NCBI GenBank assembly: GCA_023444045.1
Contig: JAEZRQ010000006.1
Span: 29,533-93,532, forward strand
Direction of reading: 5' to 3'
Length of the DNA stretch: 64,000 nucleotides
Source: Candidatus Parcubacteria bacterium
Lineage (GTDB): Bacteria > Patescibacteriota > Patescibacteriia > Patescibacteriales > UBA12465
The notes under the pieces were generated by a model. That model was not told the DNA's origin and searched no databases. It saw nothing but the letters and a program-made list of their open reading frames with translations. Shown one piece after another: positions 18,365 through 29,000 of this stretch; position 1 is the stretch's first letter; every line of letters starts with the position of its first letter. The translations under genes and the position numbers were made by a program.

Positions 18365-19399
18365 ATGTTTAGACTAAAAGATTTTGATTATTATTTGCCA
18401 CCTGAATTAATTGCCCAAGAGCCAGTAAATCCGCGCGATAGGGCGCGGCTTTTAATTGTGGATAGAAAAGATAAAAAGATAGAACATAAACATTTCTTTG
18501 AAATATTAAATTATCTAAAAAAGGGTGATGTTTTGGTGGTTAATGATTCTAAAGTTTTTAAAGCGCGTTTATTTGGGCACAAAAAAGAAAGTGGCGGAGC
18601 GGTAGAAATTTTTTTACATAAACAGATAGATGGTAAAACCTGGGAGTGTCTTTTAGGTGGCCGGGTTAAAGAAGGTTTAGAAATAATTTTAGCTAATAAG
18701 TTCACCGCCTTTGTTTTAAAAAATAATCAAGACGGCACTTGGTTAGTAGAGTTTAACAAAACCGGCGCTGATTTTTTTAAAGAGGTTGGTCGTATCGGGC
18801 ATCTACCTTTACCGCCTTATATAAAAAGAAATACTGATAATGAGGAAGACGACAGAAACTACCAAACTGTTTATGCTAATGCAAAAAAAATTGGTTCAGT
18901 GGCGGCACCAACAGCGGGCTTGCATTTTACACCGGAGCTTATTAGCCAGATAAAAAAAATTGGTGTTAAAATTGAGAGAGTAACTCTTCATGTTGGGCTA
19001 GGCACTTTCTCGCCAGTTAAAACCGAAAATATCTTAGAGCATAAGATGCACTCCGAATATGTGGAAATTGATTCTAAAACAGCCCTTAGATTAAAAAAAG
19101 CCAAACAGGCGGGTCAGAGAATTATTGCCGTTGGCACCACTAGTTGTCGGACTTTAGAGTCTTGGGGGCAAGCCGGTTTTCCTAGTTCCTTTAATTCCTG
19201 GACAAATATCTTTATTTATCCAGGATATCAATTTTTGGCGATTGATGCCCTGATTACTAATTTTCATTTACCTAAATCCACCCTATTAATGCTCGTTTCG
19301 GCTTTTGGAGACGCCGATTTAATTAAAAAAGCTTATCAGGAAGCTATTTCTCAAAATTATCACTTTTTTTCCTATGGTGATGCGATGTTTATTTGCTAG
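18365..19399 (+). CDS. queA: S-adenosylmethionine:tRNA ribosyltransferase-isomerase
   Basis: MFRLKDFDYYLPPELIAQEPVNPRDRARLL canonical QueA N-terminus. Start 3 nt after the ruvB stop. Confidence 0.9.
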   Translation: MFRLKDFDYYLPPELIAQEPVNPRDRARLLIVDRKDKKIEHKHFFEILNYLKKGDVLVVNDSKVFKARLFGHKKESGGAVEIFLHKQIDGKTWECLLGGRVKEGLEIILANKFTAFVLKNNQDGTWLVEFNKTGADFFKEVGRIGHLPLPPYIKRNTDNEEDDRNYQTVYANAKKIGSVAAPTAGLHFTPELISQIKKIGVKIERVTLHVGLGTFSPVKTENILEHKMHSEYVEIDSKTALRLKKAKQAGQRIIAVGTTSCRTLESWGQAGFPSSFNSWTNIFIYPGYQFLAIDALITNFHLPKSTLLMLVSAFGDADLIKKAYQEAISQNYHFFSYGDAMFIC

Positions 19400-19555
19400 T
19401 TTTAATAAAAAAATACTCAAAAATAACATAAAAACCGCTGGGTTGCTTTTTTTTGTTTTTAGTGCTAGAATTGACAAAAGTTAGTTATATTTTTTAAATC
19501 TAGATCAATCTATTTGTTTTAGACTTTTGTTTTAGTAGGCTCATTTTTAATATAT

Positions 19556-20122
19556 ATGTTCAAAAAGGCTTTTTTATTTTTGCTGGAATTTGTTAAATTA
19601 TCAGCAATCGCCCTGCTTATTATCATTCCAGTGCGTTATTTTTTAATTCAGCCATTTTATGTTAAGGGGGCCTCAATGACGCCAACCTTTCATGATTATG
19701 AATATTTAATTATTGATGAGTTAAGCTATCGTTTTGATGAACCAAAGCGCGGAGAAGTGGTGGTGTTTAGATATCCCAAGGATCCTCAGGAGCATTTTAT
19801 TAAAAGAGTGATTGGTCTACCTGGTGAAGAGGTGCAAATAAAAAATGGTGCTGTTTATATTTATAATCAAGACAATCCAGACGGACTTATTTTAAATGAA
19901 CCTTATTTGGCCGCCGGAGAAGTGACGACAGCTAATAACGAGAATAAAATTTTACTAAAAGACCGTGAATATTTTGTTCTTGGTGATAACCGTAAAGCTT
20001 CCCAGGACTCCCGTATTTTTGGTCCGGTAAATCGTAGTTTTATCACTGGCAAAGTTTGGTTGCGCGGTTTCCCGATCAGTAAAGCCCAGGTTTTTAATGA
20101 AAATAATTTACCAAAATATTAA
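19556..20122 (+). CDS. lepB: signal peptidase I
   Basis: N-terminal TM, catalytic Ser in GASMTPT, Lys in KRVIGLPGE, and VLGDNR...SQDSR S26 boxes. Confidence 0.85.
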   Translation: MFKKAFLFLLEFVKLSAIALLIIIPVRYFLIQPFYVKGASMTPTFHDYEYLIIDELSYRFDEPKRGEVVVFRYPKDPQEHFIKRVIGLPGEEVQIKNGAVYIYNQDNPDGLILNEPYLAAGEVTTANNENKILLKDREYFVLGDNRKASQDSRIFGPVNRSFITGKVWLRGFPISKAQVFNENNLPKY

Positions 20123-20123
20123 T

Positions 20124-21515
20124 ATGCCAAAGCAAAAAAGCAAAGTGAGTGTTAAAAAAACCAGCACTGCTTCAAAAAGCGAAAGCCATACCGTTAAACG
20201 GGTGGAGAGAAAAAGCGCTAAAGCAGTTAGTCGTCTTTTAGGTTTGAAAGACTATCTTGGTAATGATTTTTTAAGTTGGGATTTAGGCATGGCTAAAGCT
20301 TGGGAGCTCGCTAGAATATTTGGTTTTTCTCCACTCCGTACTCCGATTATTGAAGACTTTAATTTATACAAGAAATCAACCAGAAAAAACTCAGATAAGG
20401 AATTTTATTTTGTTGATTTTGAAAGAGGAGAGAAAGCAATTCTTCGTCCAGAATTAACTCAAGGAATAGTTAGGGCTTATTTAGAAAATAAAATGGAGGA
20501 ATTACCTCAACCAGTTCGATTGTTCTCAGTTGGTCCTATTTTTAGACAAGAGAAATTACAGAGCGGCCGCTATCGTGAGTCAAATCAATTTGATTTAGAA
20601 ATTATTGGTGAAAAAAAACCGATGGCTGAAGCTGTTTTAATTAATACCGCTTATCGTTTTTTTAAAGAACTAAATATTAATGTCCAATTACAAATTAATA
20701 GTTTAGGTGACGCTGATTCTAGAAAAGAGTTTAATAGTAAGCTATTAGCTTTTTATAAAGAAAGGGGGCGTCGTTCAAAACTGTGTACAAATTGTAAAAA
20801 GAATTTAGGTAAAAATTCTTTAGCCTTACTGGACTGTCGTGAGGATTCTTGTGTAAAGGCTAGAGAAAATGCTCCCCAAATTGCTGACTATTTATCAGCT
20901 TTTAGCAGAGAACATTTTGCTAAAGTACTTGAATATCTAGATGAATTAGGCGTGCCTTATAACTTTAATTCTTATTTAGTAAGAGGGCTTAGTTATTATA
21001 ACGATACTGTATTTGAATTTTGGCCGGTCAATGAGGATGGCGTAGCTAGCGGTAAGTTAGCTTTAGCTGGTGGTGGTCGTTGTGACGCTTTGGTTGAAAG
21101 TTTAGGCGGAAAATCGACTCCGATGGTTGGCTTAGCGGTTGGAATGGAAAGAGTAATGCTCAAACTTAAAGAAAAAAATTCTTTTATTAAATATGCTGAT
21201 GAAGAAGAATTAGTTTATGTCGCTCAAATTGGTGAGCAGGCCAAAACCAGAGCCTTGCTGTTGTTTGAGGAATTAAGAGTAGCTGGATTTAATGTCAGAC
21301 AATCATTTTCGGTTGATAGTTTAAGATCGCAAATTGATGAAGCTAATGAACTAAAAGCTAAAGTGGCTTTAATTCTTGGTAAAAAAGAAGTGATGGATGA
21401 AACTATTTTAATGAGAGATATGGAATCAGGCGTCCAAGAAACAGTCGCTCAAAAAAAGATTAAAGAAAAATTAGAAAAAAAAATAAATAGAAAGGTGGGT
21501 GTTATTTATGGCTGA
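20124..21515 (+). CDS. hisS: histidyl-tRNA synthetase with Lys-rich N-terminal extension
   Basis: Class II motif 1 (LRPELTQGIVRAY), HisRS motif 2 (FRQEKLQSGRYRESNQFDLEIIG), C-terminal anticodon-binding domain. Start placed at ATG 20124 immediately after the lepB stop. Confidence 0.8.
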   Translation: MPKQKSKVSVKKTSTASKSESHTVKRVERKSAKAVSRLLGLKDYLGNDFLSWDLGMAKAWELARIFGFSPLRTPIIEDFNLYKKSTRKNSDKEFYFVDFERGEKAILRPELTQGIVRAYLENKMEELPQPVRLFSVGPIFRQEKLQSGRYRESNQFDLEIIGEKKPMAEAVLINTAYRFFKELNINVQLQINSLGDADSRKEFNSKLLAFYKERGRRSKLCTNCKKNLGKNSLALLDCREDSCVKARENAPQIADYLSAFSREHFAKVLEYLDELGVPYNFNSYLVRGLSYYNDTVFEFWPVNEDGVASGKLALAGGGRCDALVESLGGKSTPMVGLAVGMERVMLKLKEKNSFIKYADEEELVYVAQIGEQAKTRALLLFEELRVAGFNVRQSFSVDSLRSQIDEANELKAKVALILGKKEVMDETILMRDMESGVQETVAQKKIKEKLEKKINRKVGVIYG

Positions 21516-21741
21516 TTGTAAAAGAAAATCAGGAGAAAGTTTTGAAAGTTTTTTACGCAAGTTCAAGAAGGCTTTGAAAAATGGTAAGCGTTTAGAAAAG
21601 GCTCGTGAGAAGCAACACTTAGTTCCTAAAAAAACTAAGCGTCAACAAAAGAAATACGCGATTACTAGTTTGAAGTTAAAGAAAGAAAAAGATTTCTTGC
21701 GTAAAACCGGTAAACTCTCTGAAGAAGAAATGAGAAGATAA
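21508..21741 (+). CDS. rpsU: 30S ribosomal protein S21
   Basis: Basic 77-aa protein (FESFLRKFKK...KAREKQHLVPKK). SD-like AAAGGTGG 10 nt upstream of ATG 21508. Overlaps the hisS stop. Confidence 0.8.
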   Translation: MADCKRKSGESFESFLRKFKKALKNGKRLEKAREKQHLVPKKTKRQQKKYAITSLKLKKEKDFLRKTGKLSEEEMRR

Positions 21742-21780
21742 AATACAAAAAGGACTTTGGTAATTGCCAGAGCCCTTTTT

Positions 21781-23247
21781 TTATTTATTTATCCCCGGAA
21801 TAAAACGTTTAATACTTTCTAAGGTTGATTTCTTGGCGTATTGTTTGATATGGTCACGCGCTCTTTTAGTTTTAACAAATTTTAACCAATCTTTGCTGGG
21901 GTGCAACCTATTTTTTTCTGTGATTACTTCAACCAAATCACCATTTTTTAATTCTTGATCAAGGCGTCCTTGTTTATCATTAATAAGAGCGCTAGAGGCT
22001 TGATTGCCAATTTTACTATGAATGGCATAAGCAAAATCAATTGGAGTAGACCCTTCTGGCAGTTCAAAAACATCTCCTTTGGGAGAAAAAACAAAAATAC
22101 GGTCCCGAAAAACATTTAACTTAACATTTTTAACAAATTCAGAGGTATTAGTTATTTCTTTCTGCACGTCAGCAATCTCCTGAATCCATTTTGGTTGCTT
22201 TTCAAACTCTTTATTATTTTGAGCTTTGTAATACCAGTGGGCGGCAATACCATAAACAGATTCTTCATGCATTTCCATTGTTCTTATTTGAAATTCAACG
22301 GCTTTTCCTTCCGGGCCAAATACAGTTGTGTGCAATGATTGATAGCCATTTGGCTTAGGTACAGCAATATAGTCTTTAAAGCGGTTAGGCTTTGGTTTCC
22401 AAATGGTATGAATTATTCCTAATACTTTATAGCAATCATTGATATTATCTACTATTAAACGCAGGGCAAATACATCATAGATTTCATCAAAACGACGATT
22501 CTTATTCTGCATTTTCTTCCAAATGCTATATAAGTGTTTGAAACGCACTTCAATATCATAATTGACACCAGAGTCTTCTAATCTTGGGGCTAAAATATTC
22601 TTTACTTTTTGAAAATAAAGGTTACGCTCGGCTTTCTTTTCCACTTCATATTCTTGCTCTAAGCTGTTAAATTCTTCTGGGTATAAAAATTTAAAACATA
22701 GATCCTCCATCTGCCACTTTAGACGCCAAATTCCCAGCATACCAGCAATTGGAGCATAAATTTCCAAGGTTTCTTTAGCAATTCTTTTTTGTTTATCATC
22801 GGGCAGCGAATCAAGTGTTCTTAGATTATGAAGACGATCACAGAATTTAATTAAGATAATTCTAATATCACTAGTCATTGCTAAAAACATCTTTTTTAGA
22901 TTTTCTCGGTATCTTTCAATGCCGCGGTATTTTAATTTACCAAGCTTAGTAACCCCCTGAACTAAAATAGCTACTTCAGTGCCGAAGTTTTTTTCAACAT
23001 CTTCAAATGAGCAGTCAGTATCTTCCGGGACATCATGCAGCAGACCAGCAGTGACAGTTGTTAAATCGGCTTTCATTTCGGTTAATAAATAAGCGGTGTG
23101 TAGGGGGTGATTGATGTATGGTTCGCCGTTTTTTCTAAATTGATTTTTATGAGCCGCTTCAGCAAAATCATAAGCCAACCATAAAATTTCCGCGTCTATT
23201 TGCGGGTGGGTTTCTTTGAATTTTTTTACAATGCGATCAATTGTCAT
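21781..23247 (-). CDS. rel: short-form RelA/SpoT homolog (HD hydrolase + synthetase + TGS, lacking C-terminal ACT/RRM)
   Basis: HD motif HPLHTAYLL...LHDVPEDT, synthetase motif YQSLHTTV, TGS-like IFVFSPKGDVFELPEGSTPIDFAYAIHS. 488 aa. Confidence 0.85.
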   Translation of the reverse strand: MTIDRIVKKFKETHPQIDAEILWLAYDFAEAAHKNQFRKNGEPYINHPLHTAYLLTEMKADLTTVTAGLLHDVPEDTDCSFEDVEKNFGTEVAILVQGVTKLGKLKYRGIERYRENLKKMFLAMTSDIRIILIKFCDRLHNLRTLDSLPDDKQKRIAKETLEIYAPIAGMLGIWRLKWQMEDLCFKFLYPEEFNSLEQEYEVEKKAERNLYFQKVKNILAPRLEDSGVNYDIEVRFKHLYSIWKKMQNKNRRFDEIYDVFALRLIVDNINDCYKVLGIIHTIWKPKPNRFKDYIAVPKPNGYQSLHTTVFGPEGKAVEFQIRTMEMHEESVYGIAAHWYYKAQNNKEFEKQPKWIQEIADVQKEITNTSEFVKNVKLNVFRDRIFVFSPKGDVFELPEGSTPIDFAYAIHSKIGNQASSALINDKQGRLDQELKNGDLVEVITEKNRLHPSKDWLKFVKTKRARDHIKQYAKKSTLESIKRFIPGINK

Positions 23248-23271
23248 ATCTTTTTCTTTTTCTAGCTTTTC

Positions 23272-23280
23272 TGGTATAAT
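23272..23280 (+). promoter_or_regulatory. extended -10 promoter element (TGgTATAAT) for the giant-protein gene
   Basis: TGGTATAAT about 37 nt upstream of ATG 23317, in the divergent rel/giant-gene intergenic region. The -35 is weak. Confidence 0.3.
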
Positions 23281-23316
23281 TATTATATCACAATAATTAA
23301 ATATTAATATAAATAA

Positions 23317-26010
23317 ATGAGAAGAAGACTGGCCTCTTTTTTGAAAAGATTTGCCTTGCCATTTTTATTAATTTTGGCGTTTTTTCTATTGTTTAATAGC
23401 GTTTCTGCAGCTACAGTTGATGTGGGAATAGACCAGGTAGATAGTAATATTGGTCTAGAGAATAATAGCCCAACTACAATTGTCATTAGAATTATTCAAA
23501 TAATTTTAGGACTACTGGGAATAATTTCGGTTGTCATTGTTATCTATGGAGGGTTTTTATGGATGACTTCTAGTGGCAGTGAAGAAAAAATTTCTAAAGC
23601 TAAGAGATTGTTAAAAAATGCTGTCATTGGTTTGATTATTATTTTATCTTCTTGGGGGATTGTTTATTTTGTTTTAACCAAATTACTAGGTATTAGTGAT
23701 TCAGTCAGTTTGTTTAGATCTCCTAGCAATGTTAGTAATTCTAATAATTTAAGTTTAGGAGCTTTAGGTTCTTGTTCGCTGGAATCTGTCTATCCCAGTC
23801 CCGGTGCTACAGATGTTCCTAGAAATTCCACTATCTTAATAACTGCTAAAGAAGCTTTTCAGCTAGACACTGTTTGTCTTAATAAAGATACTAAAAGGCC
23901 TTGTGCTTGTGATAATACCGCTAATTGCAATTTATTAAATTTTGAAAATATTCAAATATACCAAACAAATGAGGGCAATTCCTGTTCCCCTGGCAACTGC
24001 GGAACTAATTTAAAAGAGGTGGAAGTCTCTGTTCCGGCTGGCAATAAAACTATTGTTTTAAAGCCGCTAGTTAATCTAGGGGCCGCTAGTGGAAAAGTAG
24101 AGTATGGAGTTAAGCTAACAAATGATCTTAAAAAATTTGGTGGCGAAGCTCTTTTTTCGTCTTGTTCATCTGACTATTTAGAATGGTTTTTTGAAGTTAA
24201 TAATACTTTAGATCTTACCCCACCCCAAGTAACCTCTGGCGGATTTTTTCCTCAAGTGGACAATGCGGCTGATTTAGTAAAGATAAATTCCGAGGCTAAG
24301 GCCGCTTCAGGGAAAATTGTTATTACCAGTTGCCCAAATACCTACACCCCCGCCAGTTTAAGTAATGTTACCAAGATTGGGAATTCGGTTGACGCTGAAG
24401 TTTTAGTAAATCCAAATTATTCAGGAATCATTACGGATTTTAAAGTTGAGGTTGCTGGTAATAAAATGCGTCTTTTTAGTGGCAACAGTCTCTTGGATTC
24501 GGTAGACATTGTTAATAATGAGGCTAATTTTTCTAGCTATTTTTTGGTCAAGTTATCTAGTGTTAGTTCGGGTAATTCCTGGAATGTTATTGTTAAGCCC
24601 GTTCAGGCGGCTGATACTTTAGCAGTGGGCTCAAATTCTTACATCTTCGCTGACCGTGAAAAAAATGCCAACAATGAAATCGCTGTTCCTGATAATTGTT
24701 CACCAACTGCTATGGCTACTAATATTGAAATTGCTTTAAGTGGCCACAAGGAGATTAATGTTGTAAGTTCGGGTGGGACTTTGACGCTATTTGCTAAACA
24801 AACTGGCATATCTGGTAATAGTTTGCCACTTTCTTCCAGTGCCAAAGGATTGGAATTACAACCATTTTCTGGTGGGGCCGAAAAAAGTGATTCTTATGAA
24901 ATAAGGGGCGTGCAGGATAAACCAATGAATTCAATCATTCAAATTAATTTTAATGAACCGATTAATCCAATGGTTCTTTCTGGTACGTCTGATGAATTAA
25001 GTAATTTTGTTCAGATAGTTAATGCTAATGCTTCTGCTAAATCTGCTGGCGAGTCTTGTTCTTTAGACAGTGATTGTTTGTCTTATAGCTGCCAAGCTAC
25101 TAAATGCGCTGGTAATTATATTAGCGGCACCTTTTCTTTAGATAACTCTTACCAAACGGCGGAATTTGTTTCCAATAAAGAATGTGGTGTTAATAGTTGT
25201 GGGGAGAAAATGTATTGTCTACCAGCTAGTAGCCACTTAGCTGTTAGACTTAAGGCGGCTACTTTAAAGTCCTGTAGCACCGTTTCTGATTGCAGCGCTT
25301 TAGCTCCTTATTCAGAATGTGTTAGCAGTGTTTGCCATAACAGTAGTACGGGTGAGAACTATCCGGTAGCTAATTCTTTACAGTTAGACGGTATCGTTGA
25401 CTTAGCCTTTAACTCTTTAGACGGTAATCGCGATGGACTAGCTGATGGACCAATAATAAAAGTTTACCCTTACTTTGTAGAGGGGGATGCTAATTTAGAA
25501 AAAAGAGATGGTTTTGAATTCTCTTTCTTTATTAGTAATCAACTAAACTTAACACCACCAAGCATTGCCTTAACCTCTCCAAGACTCGAGGAAGATGGGG
25601 TAATGCTCTCAGCTCCAGTAGTAATTGATTTTAATGACTTAATGATGCAAAGCACTTTAAAATCCGGCAGCCTTTCTATGAGTAATGAACTAGTAAAGAC
25701 TGAGCATAAGTTAATTAATATAAAAAGCTCAGTTGATAAGCCTTTAGGTTATTGGATAGAAAGCGAGAACAAAGAAATTGGTACTCTTGATGGAATTCCT
25801 GATTATACTTCAGCCAGAATTTTACATTCAGATTTTTTTGAATCAGTTACTTATATTTCCCAAATTGGTTCAGGAGTTAAAAATATTTATCAAAATTGTT
25901 TTAAACCAAGTATTGGTCCGGGTTGTTTTAATCTAAGCGAAGCTAATCCTTCTTGCTGTTTTGGTGAGGGAACAAATGCCTTAGATGCTAACGGCAACTG
26001 TGCCAATTAA
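23317..26010 (+). CDS. large secreted surface protein (897 aa): signal peptide + two-helix membrane-hairpin module + Ig-like (SbsA/Big-type) domains + Cys-rich region
   Basis: Sec signal (…NSVSA-ATV). Two hydrophobic helices flanking GGFLWMTSSGSEEKISKAK. Big-like motifs (VYPSPGATDVPRNSTILITAKEAF; PMNSIIQINFNEPINPMVL). Paired Cys in the C-terminal half. Confidence 0.7.
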   Translation: MRRRLASFLKRFALPFLLILAFFLLFNSVSAATVDVGIDQVDSNIGLENNSPTTIVIRIIQIILGLLGIISVVIVIYGGFLWMTSSGSEEKISKAKRLLKNAVIGLIIILSSWGIVYFVLTKLLGISDSVSLFRSPSNVSNSNNLSLGALGSCSLESVYPSPGATDVPRNSTILITAKEAFQLDTVCLNKDTKRPCACDNTANCNLLNFENIQIYQTNEGNSCSPGNCGTNLKEVEVSVPAGNKTIVLKPLVNLGAASGKVEYGVKLTNDLKKFGGEALFSSCSSDYLEWFFEVNNTLDLTPPQVTSGGFFPQVDNAADLVKINSEAKAASGKIVITSCPNTYTPASLSNVTKIGNSVDAEVLVNPNYSGIITDFKVEVAGNKMRLFSGNSLLDSVDIVNNEANFSSYFLVKLSSVSSGNSWNVIVKPVQAADTLAVGSNSYIFADREKNANNEIAVPDNCSPTAMATNIEIALSGHKEINVVSSGGTLTLFAKQTGISGNSLPLSSSAKGLELQPFSGGAEKSDSYEIRGVQDKPMNSIIQINFNEPINPMVLSGTSDELSNFVQIVNANASAKSAGESCSLDSDCLSYSCQATKCAGNYISGTFSLDNSYQTAEFVSNKECGVNSCGEKMYCLPASSHLAVRLKAATLKSCSTVSDCSALAPYSECVSSVCHNSSTGENYPVANSLQLDGIVDLAFNSLDGNRDGLADGPIIKVYPYFVEGDANLEKRDGFEFSFFISNQLNLTPPSIALTSPRLEEDGVMLSAPVVIDFNDLMMQSTLKSGSLSMSNELVKTEHKLINIKSSVDKPLGYWIESENKEIGTLDGIPDYTSARILHSDFFESVTYISQIGSGVKNIYQNCFKPSIGPGCFNLSEANPSCCFGEGTNALDANGNCAN

Positions 26011-26030
26011 TCGATAAATTTTGTTTTTAT

Positions 26031-29000
26031 ATGTTTAAAAAAAATATCAAATTATATAGTTTAATATCTATTCTTGGGGTAGTATTTTTATTTTCTGCTA
26101 AAGCTGTTTTGGGTGTTGATGCTGGCATTGATACTGTTGGTAGTGATTTGTCTCTATCTGATAAAAGTCCAATCCAAATTGCCACCAGCATTATTAATGT
26201 AATCATGAGCATTCTTGGACTGTTAGCCGTTGCTTTTGTGTTGTGGGGTGGTTTTATCTGGATGACTTCAAATGGGAGTGAAGAAAAAATTGCTCAAGCT
26301 AAAAAAATTCTTAGAAATGGTGGTATTGGTTTGGTAATTATTTTATCTGCCTGGGGAATTACTTATTTTGTCTTAACTAAGTTATTAGATTCTGTTGGTA
26401 CCGGTAACGGTGGTTTTGATGGCTGTACTAGTGGCGCGACATCTTCTTGCGGTTGTGGTGGTGAGCAAACCTGCACTAATGGCAGTTGGGGACCATGTCT
26501 TGGCTCTTCTTGTCAGCCACTTATTGACGGACCAACCAGCTGTGACGGAAAACCGGCGGTTGACAAGTGTCAACCAGATGCTGGTTTGTGTGGGGATGAT
26601 TATTTCTGTAATGAAAATAGTTGTCTGTGCGAGCCAAAAGCTAGCTTAGGAGAATCTTGTAACGCTAATTCAAGTGGAACTTGTTCGGCTGATGATAGCT
26701 TGTGCGGTCCTTATTTAAAATGTGACCCCAATGATTGTGTTTGTGTTGGCCCTCCGGTAATTACCGGCGTTAGTCCAGCAGGAGGATTCTGTGTTAACGA
26801 TCAAAACAGGGGCTGTAACACCGATGCTGATTGTTTAGGTGGAGCAAAGTGTGATGTTATTACTCCCAATGGTGGCAGTAATAATTTTCTTACTATCTAT
26901 GGTTATAATTTTGGGACAGCTACTAACCTGTTTGAAAATATTTTAACTAATATTGATTTTGAAAAGGGGGCAGAAGGGGCTCTGCCAAATGATTGGACCG
27001 CCTCTAATCAAAAGAATTCTAAAGTAGGAATTTCTAAGAAAGAAGCTCGCTCAGGGGAGCAGAGTGTTTTGATTCATCAGGATTCTAACATAGTCTATCC
27101 AGGCACCTGCACTAAGAGTATTTGTCAAAATTTATCTTCTTGTTCTTGGAGTGATGCTAATAAAACTTGTACTTTCCTGCAGGGCGACGATGCACATAGA
27201 CAAGCGCCAGCAGTTTATAGTGAAGGACAGAGTTTAGTTTGGGGAAACACTAATAGGACTATGTGGGCCAAACTGACATATAATTTAGCCCCTCTTGACT
27301 TTCAGGTTGGCGATACTTATTCAATTCAATTTTATTATAAAGGAAAAAACACAGCCAACGTTTCAGTGGGAATTGGCTATAATTTAGGCTGGACATCTCA
27401 GTGTATTGGTTATTCTTCATATGGAGCTTTAAAACCTGGTTACAGTTGGAATGGGTCAGCTGTTACTCCAACTCCCCCTGAAGGAGAAGATCCTTGTGCT
27501 CCTGCTTATGGGAAAACTTGTGCTGATCAACAAAATACTTGTTGTGTTAATGCCCCAAATCAAACTAAGTGTTATCAGTTTTTAAACATGACGGCTATTC
27601 CTAAGGGGAATGTTGATGATTGGACCCTTTATTCTTATACCTTTCAATATACTCCAGAGATGGATTCTTGGTTAAATAGCGCTGGGAAAAAGGCGATTGA
27701 AATTGGAATGTCAATTGGATATAACTCTACTCTAACAGGAACAGATTTATATATTGATGATTTTACCGTTACTAAAATTTTAAATACCGGACAAATAACT
27801 TTTTTGGGAGCAGACCAGAGTCAACAACAATTAGCTAATTTTCCAAAACTTTTAAATCCCAATTGTGTTAGCTATTGGACTGATCGGCAAATTACTATTG
27901 CGGTGCCATCTGGTGCGGCTACTGGTCCAATTCAGATAAAAAGGGAAGGTGAATTTGCTGATAATATTGACACCACCAACAATGAAGTTGGCCCAATTAT
28001 TCCAGATTTTATTAAAAACGACATATCTAGACCAAGTTTGTGCCAAATCAGCCCTAGTCAGGGATTATTAGGTGAGAAGGTTGATTATCAGGGAATTAAT
28101 TTAAAAAATGGCGTGGCTTACTTTGGAGAATATTCCAACGCTTACAGAGGAATAAACTCTATTTTTACTGCTGATAATTTATCGGGCCAAACTATGGCGC
28201 CAAATATAGTTCCTGGTAAAACTACTACTTTTATTGAAAGAACCGCGGCCGGGATTAATCAAAAAAGTAATGCTTTGATGTTTGTTAAAGAAAGAGAGGC
28301 TGAGGCTGGTCCTTATATTTCCTCATTTTATCCAAAGACAGGTGCCGCTGGTCAATACGTTACCATCCTAGGTGGTGGTTTTGGTAATCTCCGTGGTAGC
28401 AGACAGGTATTTTTTGGAGATAAAGAAGCCTCATACTCTTTCCCAGAAGTTTGTTCAAATTCAGTTTGGAGTGATAGTCAAATCATTGTTAAAGTGCCTG
28501 ATGGTTTAAACCCTGGTAATTATCAAATTAAAGTGAATTTAGGGGATAAAACAGTAAATACTGATTTATTAGCCCCAAATCATAATTTTAAATATGACCC
28601 CAGTCAAACTCTAAAAACTAGTTTATGTAAAATAGACCCAAGTAGGGGGCAGGTTGGTGATAAAGTTACTCTGTGGGGTGAATATTTTGGTAATCAAGAA
28701 ACAGATGCTCTAGTAGTTTTTAACCGTGGTGTTAATATTACTTCAAAAATTACTAAAGATGGTTTAGCTGATAAAGTTGAAACAATTGTTCCGGTAGATG
28801 CTAGTAAAAATCCTCCAGTTAGCGCTATCACTGGCCCTGTTAAGGTAATGAAAAATAGTGAGTGGGGCAATGAACTTAATTTTACAGTTGGTAAATGTTC
28901 TTCTAATAATGAATGTAGCGCTTCTAGTCCAGTTTGTTGTCCTGGGAATACATATAAATCTGGTTCCTGTGCGGCCTCAACAATGGCTTGTTATTTTGAT

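Noticed and set aside
19400-19555. Promoter TTGACA upstream of lepB
   Set aside because: TTGACA is present (about 19471), but no acceptable -10 hexamer lies at 16-18 nt spacing (the best is TTAAAT). Not reported as a feature.
21764-21958. 64-aa plus-strand ORF
   Set aside because: It overlaps the 3' end of the rel gene on the opposite strand and the convergent terminator region. No motif is present.
23317-26400. Type IV pilin identity for the N-terminal modules of the giant proteins
   Set aside because: There is no class III signal (no G|F/M-T-L-x-E motif). Both have ordinary AxA Sec signal peptides, so they are not PilD substrates despite the nearby prepilin peptidase.
26027-26649. Small ORFs (26027..26212 -, 26395..26649 +) inside the 5' end of the giant gene
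   Set aside because: They lie inside the conserved N-terminal module of the 2396-aa protein in alternative frames. The protein paralogy with the upstream gene supports the long frame.
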